Shown here one piece after another: positions 1 to 11,539 of a stretch of DNA of 64,000 nt. The stretch's first letter is position 1. Every line of letters begins with the position of its first letter. The stretch is from Lama guanicoe (Eukaryota), in assembly GCA_013239625.1 (NCBI GenBank), contig MU054400.1:1471146-1535145 (forward strand), read 5' to 3'. The translations under genes and the position numbers were made by a program. The notes beneath the pieces were generated by a model. It was given only the letters and a program-made list of their open reading frames with translations, was not told the DNA's origin and did not search any database.

Positions 1-749
1 TTGCAGTGTTGTCCCCTTGAAGGCATTTGAACATCAGTTTTAAGGCTGGAGGTCAGAGCTTGGTTCAGGATTAGAGGTCAGATTAAGAAGGGCCTCCCTC
101 CTTTGTAGGTTCCTCCTGACTCCCACCTCTTCTCTGAGGTCCTGAAATGACTAGAGTGGGAAAGATGGGACCCAGCTGGTCCCCTAGATTCCCTGAGGAC
201 AGTCACAAGAAGCAGGGTAAGGCTGGAGAAGGTCTCCCAGGTCTCCCTAGACCCGTCACAATTCCTGCACACCCATCATCTGAGACCTACTCCTTGTATG
301 GACAAGCAGGGCTAAAGGGAAAGTTCTTTGGAAGCAGGTCCAGCTCCCATATCTTCCATCTCAGGACTCTAGGGCTTCACCCTCCTGGCCCAGCCAGTTC
401 TGCGTGGAGTCAATGGCTACCCCATTGACTTATTTTCCTATGCCCCAAGCTGAGTCAGAGAAGTAGCATGAGGGGAACCTGGCCTAGAACACCCCCTTCT
501 ACCATGCCTTCCCTGTCCTGGGAAATGAGAGGGGATTTCTGAGGAGAGGAGCTGTTCAGCTTACAGAGATGCAAGGAAACTAGAGATAAGGGAGAGGAGC
601 AGGTGCTTTCTCACCTAATGAGAGGGACCCAAGAGGCAGAGACCAGAGGAGACCTCTCAGGAGACAATAATTGTGGGGTGCTATTCTGTTTCCCATTCCC
701 AGCCCTAGAGCATATGATGTCACAAGCTTAACTGGACCCATTTTTGTCT

Positions 750-960
750 ACCTCATCTCTTTCCATCATCCGTGCACTCATCCATCTATCCATCCATCCA
801 TCAATTGATGGGTTCATCCATCCATGTGTCCATATGCCTACCCATCGTTGTCTCTCCATCAGTCCATTCTTCATTCTTTCATCTATCTTTTCACATCTTT
901 ATGTATTCATCTGTATGCTTAACCATTACCCATCTATTAATGCATCTATTCATCTATTTA
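750..960. repeat. Degenerate (TCCA/TCTA)n simple repeat
   Basis: Repeated catc/tcca units; explains ORFs 744-990. Confidence 0.75.
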
Positions 961-1741
961 TCAGTTATGGTAATAATTAACATTTGTTGATTCTTAAGTG
1001 CCAGGTACCGTGCTAAATGCTTTAAATTCATTGTCTTATGACAAATCTATGAAGCAGAGCACTGTGAGCTCTGTTTTTGTTCATGTAGATGCTTTTCTAT
1101 ACTCCTTTTTATGGTGCCTTTAGGGAGTTTCTCTCCCACTTCATGTGGTCTTGGTGGGTCTAGCAGCCACAGTGCTCTGATCCATCTGCCCCATTCCCTG
1201 GCCACTGTAATATATGGAAGAACTGAGTATGTGTCCTAAGCATTGTTCAAAGCTTTTCCTGAGATTTGGTGTTAGGAGAAAGAGGGCTTCTGTTTTAGAT
1301 CACTCACTATGAAAATTTAGACTTGAGACTTCCAGTGGCCATATTTTCTGCTGCTAGAAGGTCGCCTGTCTATAACAGGAATGAGGCCCCCACACAAAAG
1401 AATTAGAAGGAAGTCAAGTTAAAATATGGAGATAACATCACTTGAATCCCTGAATCCAACCAGGGCTGAAGTAGACTAAATCTTAGTGAATCTAATTATG
1501 TGATATGACAAACTTAACTTTTTGCTTAAACTCCTTTAAGTAGGTTTTTTGTCATTTGCAAAAGAAAGAGCCCTGGGTAATGATTATTGTATTATTATCC
1601 CCATTTTACAGGTGAGGAACTTAAGACCCAGAAAGATTAATTTACCCAATGTTTCACAGCTTATAAATGGCAGAACATTGGTACATATTTGGAATAAAAC
1701 TGATGTCTGTCCATCTATTTATACATCTATCTATCCATCCC

Positions 1742-1923
1742 ATTTATTTATTTTATTTAATTTATATATATATATTTTAAATTTATTTAATGTTTTGGTG
1801 GGGTCATTAGGTCTATTTATTTATTTATTATTAGTTTTTTCTTTAAATGGGGGTTCTGGGGATTGAACCCAGGACCTCATGCATGCTAAGCATGCACTCT
1901 ACTACTTGAGTTATACCCTCCCC
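1742..1923 (-). mobile_element. Camelid tRNA-derived SINE (Vic-1 type)
   Basis: GGGGAGGGTATAACTCAAGTAGTAGAG head, B-box GGTTCAATCC, AT-rich tail. Confidence 0.85.
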
Positions 1924-2015
1924 ACAATTTGCTTATTTTTCTGACCATCTTTCAATGCTAAGACACCAAAGGCAGTAAGACTTGCCAGCTCCAATTCTGA
2001 GACTGGGTTTGGATA

Positions 2016-2235
2016 AGAGGTTAGCAAACTTTTTCTGTAAAGTTCCAGATAATAAATATTTAAGGTTTGCAGGCCATACTCTCTCTGTAGTACTCAGTTT
2101 TGCTGTTGTAGCCTCAGAGCAGCCATAAACAATATGTAAATAAAGAGGCTTGTCTATATTCTAATAAAGCTTTATTTGCAAAATCAGGCAGCAGGCTGCA
2201 TTAGGTCCGTGGGCTATAGTTTGCCAATCCCTGGT
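2016..2235 (+). mobile_element. MER58A-like hAT-Charlie DNA transposon
   Basis: gcaaactttttctgtaaag...gggctatagtttgccaatccctg terminal inverted repeats. Confidence 0.8.
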
Positions 2236-3106
2236 CTGTCTCAGTGGGGAAAACACACATGTTCTGTCTTTGTTGGGAACATGAATAGGGAGTAGAAACA
2301 TACATGCCTTGCATTTGCCATTACTACTAGTGTGGTGGAAACAATAGGATTTTATATTCAAACTCTTGTGTTTGAATCCGGCTTTAGGACCCTGGATGGT
2401 TGAGGGAACAGAATCTGTAAAATGGGAATAAGATATATCTTGTGAGATAGTACATGTGCCTGACTCACAGTGGGCACTCAGTAGTAGCCATCCCCCTTTG
2501 TCATTCATCACCTCCCCATATTACCAGTGTCAGGAGGCCTCTCTCTTTTTAGGGTGTCCTGGGATGCAGTGAGGACCACAGTCTGGCTTGCTGAGTTCAG
2601 GAGCCCAGCTTCTAAGAATGAGCTTTCATATAAGTTCTATAGAATAAGCTCTTGCAAACTCCAAATTTCTCTTTTTAGTAGCTCTACCCCAACTCTTACC
2701 TGCATTCTTCCAAAAGTAACCATCCCAGTGCCCAGCAAAACAGAAGGCTCTCCAGGCAATAGGCCTCATTAGACTTAGAGGCAGTTTAGACACCTCCTTT
2801 TATTAAGTCCACCACTCAGGATATTACCCTGCTATCCCAGGTGGCTTTTTAACCTATTTCTTCTAAACAAAGATGTTTCTCTAGGAGAAAAGATTATGTC
2901 CTTGTGTGTTTTGTGTCTGTGTGTCTGTGACGGTATGTGTGTAATCGTGTATGTTTGTCTGTACTGTGTGGTGATTATATGCTTAATGTCTATGGTGTGC
3001 TCTTGATATATGCAAGTGCTTGGCTGTGTGATTGAATAGACACCTGTGTATGTGTGTGTGGGTACAGACGTACAGATGTATGAACGTGGGTAAGGGTATC
3101 CCCATT

Positions 3107-3151
3107 TTGTGTGTGTGTGTGTGTGTTTGTGTGTATGTATGTGTGTGTGTG
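3107..3151. repeat. (TG)n microsatellite in a longer TG-rich tract
   Basis: Direct reading. Confidence 0.9.
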
Positions 3152-3199
3152 TTCTGGCTGTTTGTTTAATCCATCCCTTTGTGGCTCTCAGCCTCACAG

Positions 3200-3289
3200 G
3201 GCCTGCAGGGGGCATCCGGTATGTAGGGAAAAGGGGATGTGAGGCGCCTGGCCTGGGCGCTCAACCTCATGTCGCCTGCAGAGGGCGTC
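3200..3289 (+). promoter_or_regulatory. Two tandem CTCF-like motifs
   Basis: GGCCTGCAGGGGGCATC (3200-3216) and CGCCTGCAGAGGGCGTC (3273-3289) in a small CpG-retaining patch. Confidence 0.5.
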
Positions 3290-4039
3290 TAGCATATAGA
3301 GAACATGGGATGTGTGACTCCTGACCTATGGAAGCACGGCTGTGGGCTGAGGAGCCTGGGCTGTCTTGTTCCAGAAAGCAGCTGGAAATGAGCATGAAAC
3401 CAGATGACTCAGCTTCTGAAAGTCCCTGATTCTAGAAGGGGATCTGCTTCACTCTCTCATCCTCCAAATCCCCTGTCCATATCCAGAAGGTCCCGTCCCA
3501 GTCCGAGGGGCAGAGCTTGGTCCTTCAGTCTCAGAGCGTGGGTGGAATATTGCACAGGACTTCTGGAGGTGACAGGACGTCAGGATGGGGGGAAGTCTTG
3601 AGCAACAGTACCCCCTCCTTCCTTGCGTCCTGCTGTCTGGAACTTGGCCTACTGCCGGCATTTCCTGAACACCCTCTCTCCTTCATTTTCTGCAATTTGG
3701 GTCACTCTAGGCCCCAGGGTTTCTGGGCCTGGGCTGAGTTTCTTGGGAGAAGTGCAGGAGACAAGAGCCCCTGAACCCAAAGCAGAAGGTGACCTATGTG
3801 GCTGGAGATGAGCCTGGGAGTTAGGGAGGCTGGAGGGAAGGCAGGGGAGGCTACCTGGAGGAGGGAGGTTTGCAGAGCCTTGAGGATGGGTGAGGTGGGA
3901 GGTAGGACATTCCAGGTAGAATGAACAGCAAGCAGAAAGGCGCAGAGAAGGGACAGGGTTTTGTGATTAATCCCAATGTGGGTGGGGTGGGGGAAGGCAA
4001 GGGGTGTGAGAAGCTGTGTGTACGGGGGTAATCTCTGGC

Positions 4040-4245
4040 GTACTTGGGGCACCTCCGGGTGATGCCATGCCCAGTGGTCAAAGTTAATGGAAGGCCCCTG
4101 TAGCCTTAATTAGGTTGGACCATCAGGGGCTAGTATCCCTTGCGTGTGAAAGTTTGGGTCCCTTAGCAGGTATAGAATGTCAGCCAGCTGAAGTGTCAGT
4201 TGGAGGTAAAGGGAGTGAATCATAGAGGAAGTGTGGAAAACAGAA
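4040..4245 (+). mobile_element. ERVL internal fragment (3' end of pol)
   Basis: Translates to MPCPVVKVNG...VKVWV...PAEVSVGGKG, as in the ERVL pol C-terminus. Confidence 0.6.
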
Positions 4246-4249
4246 GTTA

Positions 4250-4841
4250 AAATTCCTCCCTCATGGTGTGCATGCTTTTATAATCTCATTTTGAGGGGAC
4301 CCCCTTGGCCTCTTGGCCTGTGAATATGATAGGATATCAGTGATGTGATTAGGTTATGCTACATAGCAAAAATGAAGGGATTTTGCAGATATAATTAAGG
4401 TCCCTAAATCAGCTGACTCTGAGTTAGTCAAAAGGGAGACTACCCTGGGTGGGCCTGACCTAATCAGGTGAGTCTTTTTGAAAAAATGTTTAGAAATAAG
4501 AAGCAGCAGTAGATGTTCTCATGCTGGCATTGAAGAAGCATACTGCTATGTTGTGAAGAGGGCCAAGGAGCCAGGAGTTGCAGGCAGCTCTAGGAACTCA
4601 GGACTTTGGTCTTAAAACCACAACTGCCAACACTCAGTGAATTTAAAAGGGGACTCAGAGCCCAAGGTGAGATTGCAGCCCTGGCTGACACCTGAGTTCA
4701 GCCTGGTAGGACCCTGAGCAGAGGACCCGGTCAGCCTGTACCTGGACTCTTGGACCACAGAAACTGTGAGATAATAAATTTGGATGGTTTGAAGCTGCTA
4801 AATTTGTGGTGATTTGTTATACAGCAATAGAAAACGAATAT
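4250..4841 (+). mobile_element. MaLR LTR (MLT1D-like)
   Basis: Typical body and end: aaactgtgagataataaattt...gtgatttgttatacagcaatagaaaacgaata. Confidence 0.8.
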
Positions 4842-5471
4842 AAGAAAGAAGTAATAAATTCTAGTTAAGCCCCAGAACTAGTTTCAGAACTACTCACTAT
4901 AGCTTTTATTCATAGTTCCTTCCTGGCTGTGAAATGATTCTATTTCTTGGCTCCCCTTTTCTTTCATTTTCCTTTATTCCATTCTTGAGTATAAGTGGTA
5001 GTGATAATATTACTACTATTTACTGAGATTCTGGCTTGCTTCTCCTGGCAGTTGCCCCCTTGAAGTTAGGCATGGCTGTTTGACCCACTTTGGCCAATGA
5101 ATGAACTGTGTGCAGAAATGGCATATGTCTTTTGTGGATAGAAGTGTTTAAGGGGAGATTCCCTTTGCTATCTTGTCTGGCTGGAGTCATCATGGAAACA
5201 TGTGTTGAGATGAAAAGGACATGCCAGAAGATCAAAGCAGTCTGGACTGTTGAGCCACCATGTGGAGCACAGCTGTGCTAGAGATCGCCTGGATCCACAG
5301 CAGGCATGGTATGTGTGGGGAATAGAATTGTCCTGTGTTAAGCCATTCAGACTCAGGCGCCATTTTTTATTGCAGCATCACTCAGGTGTTGTAGAATAGA
5401 GAGATGAGATTAGAACAAAACTAGCGGAGGGATGGATGTCATCCTGAGATCTTGTATTTAGAATTGGATTT

Positions 5472-5832
5472 TGCTATGGTCTGAACTGTGTCCCCCCCAG
5501 GGTTCAAATGTTAAAGCTCTAACCCTCAATATGACTGTGTCTAGAGGGAGGGTCTTAAGGAAGTAATCTAAGTTAAATGAGGTCATAAGGGTAGGGATCT
5601 AGTCTCATAGAACTGTGGCCTTAAAAAAGAGGAAGAGAGAGTGAGCTCTCTGCCACATGAGGCACAGTAAGAAGGTGGTCGTCTGCATGCCTGAAAGAGA
5701 GCTCTCAACAGAAACCTACCATGCTGGCACCTTGATGTTGAACTTCTAACCTCCGGAACTGTGAGAAAGTAAATTACTGTTGTTTAAGCCACCCTGTCCT
5801 TGGTGTTTTATTCTGGCAGCCCATGCTAAGAC
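5472..5832 (+). mobile_element. MaLR solo LTR (MLT1A-like)
   Basis: Begins tgctatggtctgaactgtgtcccc, ends gcagcccatgctaagaca. Confidence 0.8.
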
Positions 5833-8312
5833 AGATGTGGTGATTGCTAAGGCTCTGAATAGTCTCTCTTTGGGGACCAGTGAATCTTTTTGGTTGTATA
5901 ATCAAAAGTGTTATTATGTTAGGTGATACCCTTAAAATTGTAAGTCTAGGGTTTGAGAAGGAGGATGCATGTTGATGTTACAGCCATAGGGTGGACTATT
6001 GAGATATTTATCTTTTTTTTTCACTGCCCACAACCTTAACCCCTTTCTCTGAGGAATTTCCCATTATATTAGTCTTAGTTTCTAATAGAGCTTGCCTTCC
6101 ATTGTAGAATCTCCTAAGGATTACATTCAGCTCCATGAAGCCCAAGACAATATCTGTCTTGTTTACTACTGTATCAGCAGCACCTAGAATAGTGCCTGGC
6201 ATGAATAATGTTCTGGGTTCCAGACAATGATGTGGCATCACTTTAGACACAAGGGTTTGCCAGGGCTGGGACTCCATGTCATGGCAGCCCTAAGACCACT
6301 GGGGGCCATACAGTAACAGATACGCTGACACTTAGGGCTCCATGCCAGGAGGTGCCATTTACATAGACTACAGGGAAAATGGTGTCCCTGGAGTGGTGCA
6401 ATGGTGCTGTCCTGCCTGACAGGCTTGGGTGTTTCCGACAGTGATAGGATTTCCCAAGAGGAATGGTGGCCTGAGAGTAATGGGGGGACCTTGACATGGA
6501 TGGGGGTCCTGTTAGCAATGGAAACACCAGTAGGTATGGGGATGTCCTGGCGATTCCTGAATTGATGGAGGGCTTTACAGTGTTGGGCCCCTGGTAGGAA
6601 GAGGTACCTTCCTCTTGGGGGAAGATCCTTGAAATGATGGTCTGACAGGTATGAGGTTGACAAGGTGACTGAGGTTTTGATGGTGATGAGACCAGATTTC
6701 CAGGGACTGCGATTCTGAGATCCAGAACTCTGAGGGAGTGGGTCCCATTGTTCTGGTCTGTTCTATGGTCCCCAGATGCTCTGCCCTGCAGGGGTCCCCG
6801 CCAGGCTGGCTCAGAGGCCCTCTGTGAGGCCACTCCTTCCAGAAGCCCCACACACAGGACCCCTAGTCCTGCCCCAACCCTTACCCTCCTGATCTCAGCC
6901 CTGCCCTCACTTCCTCCTTCCCTTTCAACATTACCAGGCCCTGGGCATGGAGGTGAGAAGGTGGGCATTATGGGAGCCTGATCCCCTTCCCCACTGCTCT
7001 ACTTTTGGGAAAACTGAGGCCCGAGCCTACCTTGAGAAGCCATGCCCACTTCCTCCTGGAGGCTCCACAGAAGCAAGCTCCCTTTCTGCGGGAGAAGCCT
7101 GGCGACCTCCAAGGGGTGTATCCGTACCTGAGCTCAAGTGCTGGGGTCCTCCCTGAGGATTCCAGCTTCTTCTCTTGTTTTTTTCCTGGCTCCTTCTAGC
7201 AAGCCAAACCTTTCCACCCCAACTGGACACCCCAGCCCCCGGCCCTCAGCCCAAGTGCGACCCGTCAGGCAGACCTGGGCTGCGGTCTCAGCTTTGCCAC
7301 TCACCAGTTGAGTGGACTCAGGAGGTCACTCTCCCTCCCTGTGCTTCCATTTCCTCATACTTAGAATGAAACTGGTGACCCCCACCTTGTAGGGTTGTTT
7401 GATGATGCAGCGTTAGTGCACATAAAGGACTCAAAGTCATGGCTTTTCCTACTCCCCGAGGGCCACTTCCTCAGATCTGCCCCTGCTGTCTTGTTCCCCG
7501 TTTTCACTTAGGAGAGGGGTCAGCTCAGAGAGGAGGTTTGTGTGGTAGCTGAGAGTACAGATTCTGGAGACAAACTGCCCAGGCAGGAGCCCCCCAGCTC
7601 TGCCACTTTGCTGGCCGTCCAGCCTGGGTAAGTCACTTCACCTCTGTACCTCCGTTTCCTTAGCTGCAGTACAAGAAGCGCTTAGAGCTGTGCCCAACAC
7701 CTGGTCAGCACTGGTGGTGACAGAGCTCCTGCTACAGAGCCAAGCCCCCTCATGTAGACAGAGGTGGCCTCCCAGGGGGCCATCGAGGAAGTGCCTCTGA
7801 CCATGAAATTGCCTGCTCATTCCTACAGAGGGGCTCTTGGAGGAAACTCCCTATTTGGGAGTCCTGTTGCTTTATGGGGCTGTTCCTTCCAAGGTTTTCT
7901 GGCCGTTTCTGAGTTTCCCGGAGGCCAGAGAGGGGGGTATGCGGTGGGGGCTTACCGAGAAATTGAACTGAGATGATGAAAACATGATCAAAACCGTATG
8001 GAGCTGGCTCTGACCAAACACTTAGCCATGTAACAGAGACAGCCCCGCTGTCCCGGGAACTGGATGCGCTCCGGGTGTGAGTGGTGGTGGAGTAATCGTG
8101 GGAAAGGGCCGTGTTCCATTCTGGTTTTTTTTAATCAAATATGTACTGGACCTTCTTCCATGCCAGCCCCTGTGCAGAGCAATGTTGGCAATGGAGCTGG
8201 AGAGGCCCAGACCTCTCCCCGGGGGAACTCTACCAGGAGACAGGACAAGGAGCTTTTTATGTGGACAAAAAGGCAGGGAATGCCCTGAGCAGGGACGTCA
8301 GGTGCCTGTAGG

Positions 8313-8385
8313 GAGATGTTGGCTGCTGAGTGATCACAGGCCTTCAGGTCAGGAGGGCCTGTGATCACTCAGCAGCCAACATCTC
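8313..8385. repeat. Perfect inverted repeat, 30-bp arms, 13-nt spacer
   Basis: 8313-8342 gagatgttggctgctgagtgatcacaggcc is the exact reverse complement of 8356-8385. Confidence 0.97.
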
Positions 8386-9048
8386 AGCTGCTGGCCTTAA
8401 CCCTGTAGCAAGAGCCACGTGCCTGAGAGAGGAAGGTGTGCACTTAGAGGCAGGCAGTCCCCATAGTCTGGCTAGGGAGCCAGGCCCTCTAACCCCTCAG
8501 AGAGCTGGCAGCTTCATCATTGTCAGGTAGGCAGGTTGGTGGTGGACCTGGTGTGAATGAGGACTTAACGCGCGTCAGTGAGTCATAGTGAAACTGGGCA
8601 GGTGTTGGTTAGGTGAAGTCTGAGTGCTGAGAATGTTCAAGTGGGTCACAGACTGCTGAGCTGAGCCCTCTTGGCAGGGAGATAAGGGAGTAAGACCCAC
8701 TGCCCAGGAGGGTTGGTGGCTGGAGGGTGGGAAGAAGAGGGAGGGAGAGAGCTGGGAGAGAAGGCGCTGGCTGGAGAAGGGGTGGGGAGGGCTCAGGCTT
8801 CCTTGAAGTTCTTCATCCTCCAGGTCTCCAGGGTCCATCAGGGGGCTGTTCAAGCCACTTCCCAAGCTCCTAGATTATTTTCTTTCTTCCTGAACCTCAG
8901 TGTCCCCTTCATTCCCAGAGGGTGGTCCCTGGGGCCCCAGGAAGTGGGGATGTTTCTGAATGAGCATGACTTTGAGGGAACCTGTGTGTAGGCTGTGGGT
9001 GGGATTAACCTGAGACCCAAAGATTTAGGAATCAAGTCTTTATTTTGT

Positions 9049-9186
9049 GGGGGAGGGTATAGCTCAGTGGTAGAGCACATGCTTAGCATGCAAGAGGTCC
9101 TGGGTTTAATCCCTAGTACTTCTAAACATAAACAAATGAATAAACTTAGTTACACACTCCGCCCCCTCTCCAAAAAAAATAAAAAG
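9049..9186 (+). mobile_element. Camelid tRNA-derived SINE (Vic-1 type)
   Basis: GGGGAGGGTATAGCTCAGTGGTAGAGCACATGCTTAGCATGC...GGTTTAATCC, A-rich tail. Confidence 0.85.
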
Positions 9187-11282
9187 GAACTCTTAATAAC
9201 TAGGGCCGCTTCCCCTACCTGACAAATGGTGGAAATATGTCCCTTGGAGGGGGCGGTGAGGAAGGGACTTGCCCAGAGTGACGCAGTGAGGGCCTGAAAC
9301 AGGACTGGGAGTTGGGGGGCTGCTCACGACCTGTTCCTGTACCCCGACCCCCACAGCAGTGTCAGGGAGGTGGTGTCCAGGGGCCTCTGTCCTCATAGCA
9401 CCTTACTCAGGGCTCCCACCCTCACCTTCTCTCCTCTATCTGTGTTTCCCCAAGCGCCAAGGGTTTTTGTCTGCCTCTGTGTGTTTGTGTCTGCTGAACT
9501 CCACTTGGCTTCACTGGGGACTGAGAAGGATTTGAGGGGCTGTGTTTGTCCGCTGCCTGTGGTGGAACAGGGCACAGGTCCAAACAATGTCCACAGCTGG
9601 GACGTCTGGTACATCATTGTGGGCTGTCTGAATGTATGGAATAGCGGATGGATGAGTAGATGGGTGGGTGGCTGGCTGGGTGGATGGAGGGCTAATCAAT
9701 GCAGAGACAGCTAGATGGGTGGCTGCATGACTGCGTGAAAGGATGGGTAATTTCCCCCAGGCAGCAGAGCCAAATTTCCTGGCCATACCAACTGTTCTTG
9801 CAAACCATCCCCATTCAACCCACTCCTATGACTCAAAGGCCTGGAATAGCTGGTTTTGAACACTTTCTCCTTGGAGCAGAGGTGAGGAAGAAGATGCCGG
9901 GCTCTCAGCTCTGTAGCAGGGGGGGCTGGCCCACCCCCTCATCACGGTTTCCCTTCCCAGGCTGCCCAGGCCTCCTTTTGTTACCAGATAAGGTGTATGG
10001 TATAATGATGGCCCCTGTGAATGCTCAGGGAGAATGCTCGCTCTGCTGTACTGGCTGTTAGTTCAACCCCAGGGGCACAGATTTGCTGCTCCCAGCTGGA
10101 CAGGCCCTTCGGGGCCATATTCTGGCGGCCAGCCAGCTTCCCCAGGGGACTGAGCAGGAGTTAATCCTTCGAGAGCAGCCTTGTGGGATGTTCCAAGAGT
10201 CAAGGGCTTTTGTCTCCCAGAGCTCAGACTCCTTCCCTGTGATTCTCCTGGTCTGTGTTGCCTCGACCTGGGAGCCCATGTGGCTACGAGGTGATGGTGG
10301 GGTCCCTCCGTGCTAAACTGCCCCTGCTCTCTGCCTGCTCCTTCTTCCTCCCTCTCCCACTCTGACCTCTGGCTCCCAGGTCTGTCAGTATCCCTGAGAA
10401 GCATGGCCCTAGGATTGCCATGTGGCCCTAGATGGGGCTAGACCTGACCCAGAGTGACTGAGCAAGAGAGGAGGGCTGGCTTGGAGGTTGGATTCTGTGT
10501 GGACAGTTGGGCCCTCACCCCTGGCTGCCAAACCTTTTCTCACATATTTATCCATTCTCAAGACAAGTATTTATTGAGTGACTACCTTGTGCCCAGCAGT
10601 GTGCTGGATACCAAGGGACAGAGGAAACCAAAAGAGACATGATCCCTGTCCAGGAAGGCTGACAAACTAACAATTATAACTCAGGGTGCTGAGTGCTGCA
10701 AGAGGAGAGGAGCAGGAGCAGAGGGCCCTGGGAGCCGAGGAGGGAGGGAGGCTACCTAACCCAACGTGGAGTCAGGGAAGACTTCCTGGAGGAAGAGTTA
10801 TGCCAACCCAGATGGGAAGCCAGGCAGGCAGAAGAGAGAGGAGTGTTCCAGACAGGGGGAATGGCATGCGTGGATGGGTACTTTCCCCCCAGACAATAGA
10901 GTTGGGCCCCTTGACCTCCTCCCAGCCATGAGAGCTGGTTCCCAACAACTCCCTTCCCCCATAGTGACACCAGATCCCTGAGACACCTGGATCCTTGATC
11001 ACCTGCCGGGGGGCTGAGAGAGTTTGGCTCGTTCAGGGAACCGATACGGGTTAGTGTTGCTGAGCGGTGGAGTGTGATAGGGCTGTGAGGAGACGTGAGG
11101 TGGGGCCCTGAGTGTGGAAGCTGATCCTGAGAACATAGCGTGTTGGGTGGAGGTCAGTGAGGAGGCTGCTCAGGCCGCAGGGTGGAAACTAATCCTGCCA
11201 TTCCATCCTCCCCCACTCCTATCACAGTCCTCCTGGACTGACGGCAAACAGACAACAGACAGATTCGTGGGTACCAGCTGGC

Positions 11283-11288
11283 TTTATT
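11283..11288 (-). terminator. CCL19: CCL19 polyadenylation signal AATAAA
   Basis: tttatt on + strand about 230 nt past the stop codon, followed on - by GU-rich sequence. Confidence 0.8.
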
Positions 11289-11518
11289 GGACGCATTGGA
11301 CAGCATGGAATCTGATCATGCAGAGGCTGTGCTTCTGCCACACTCACCCTTTCTCACACTCACACTCACAGTGACACTCCTGCCCAGCTGGGTTAGGTCT
11401 GGGGCAGGGGAGCTGGAGGCCTGGTCCTCCCTTCTAGTCCTTGATTCTCTCGCGTGCCAGTGATTCACATCCCTTCACTGGGACATGGCACTCCCTCTGG
11501 GGCTGGGACTCTTGTGGG

Positions 11519-11539
11519 CTAACTGCTGGAGCCCTTGGC
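11519..11539 (-). CDS. CCL19: CCL19 coding exon 4
   Basis: Polypyrimidine tract plus cag, then AKGSSS* (TAG), matching the position of human MKRRSS*. Confidence 0.85.
   Translation of the reverse strand, partial: AKGSSS

Noticed and set aside
147..428. 93-aa ORF at the window start
   Set aside because: No recognisable homology and no supporting exon structure.
6279..6968. 229-aa ORF
   Set aside because: No recognisable homology or convincing splice context; it overlaps a low-complexity periodic tract.
9049..9125. tRNA-Ala-like sequence (also at about 1850-1923, 50905-50980 and 56420-56490)
   Set aside because: Diverged stems, AT-rich or poly(A) tails, a TSD and four dispersed copies mark these as SINE heads, not tRNA genes.
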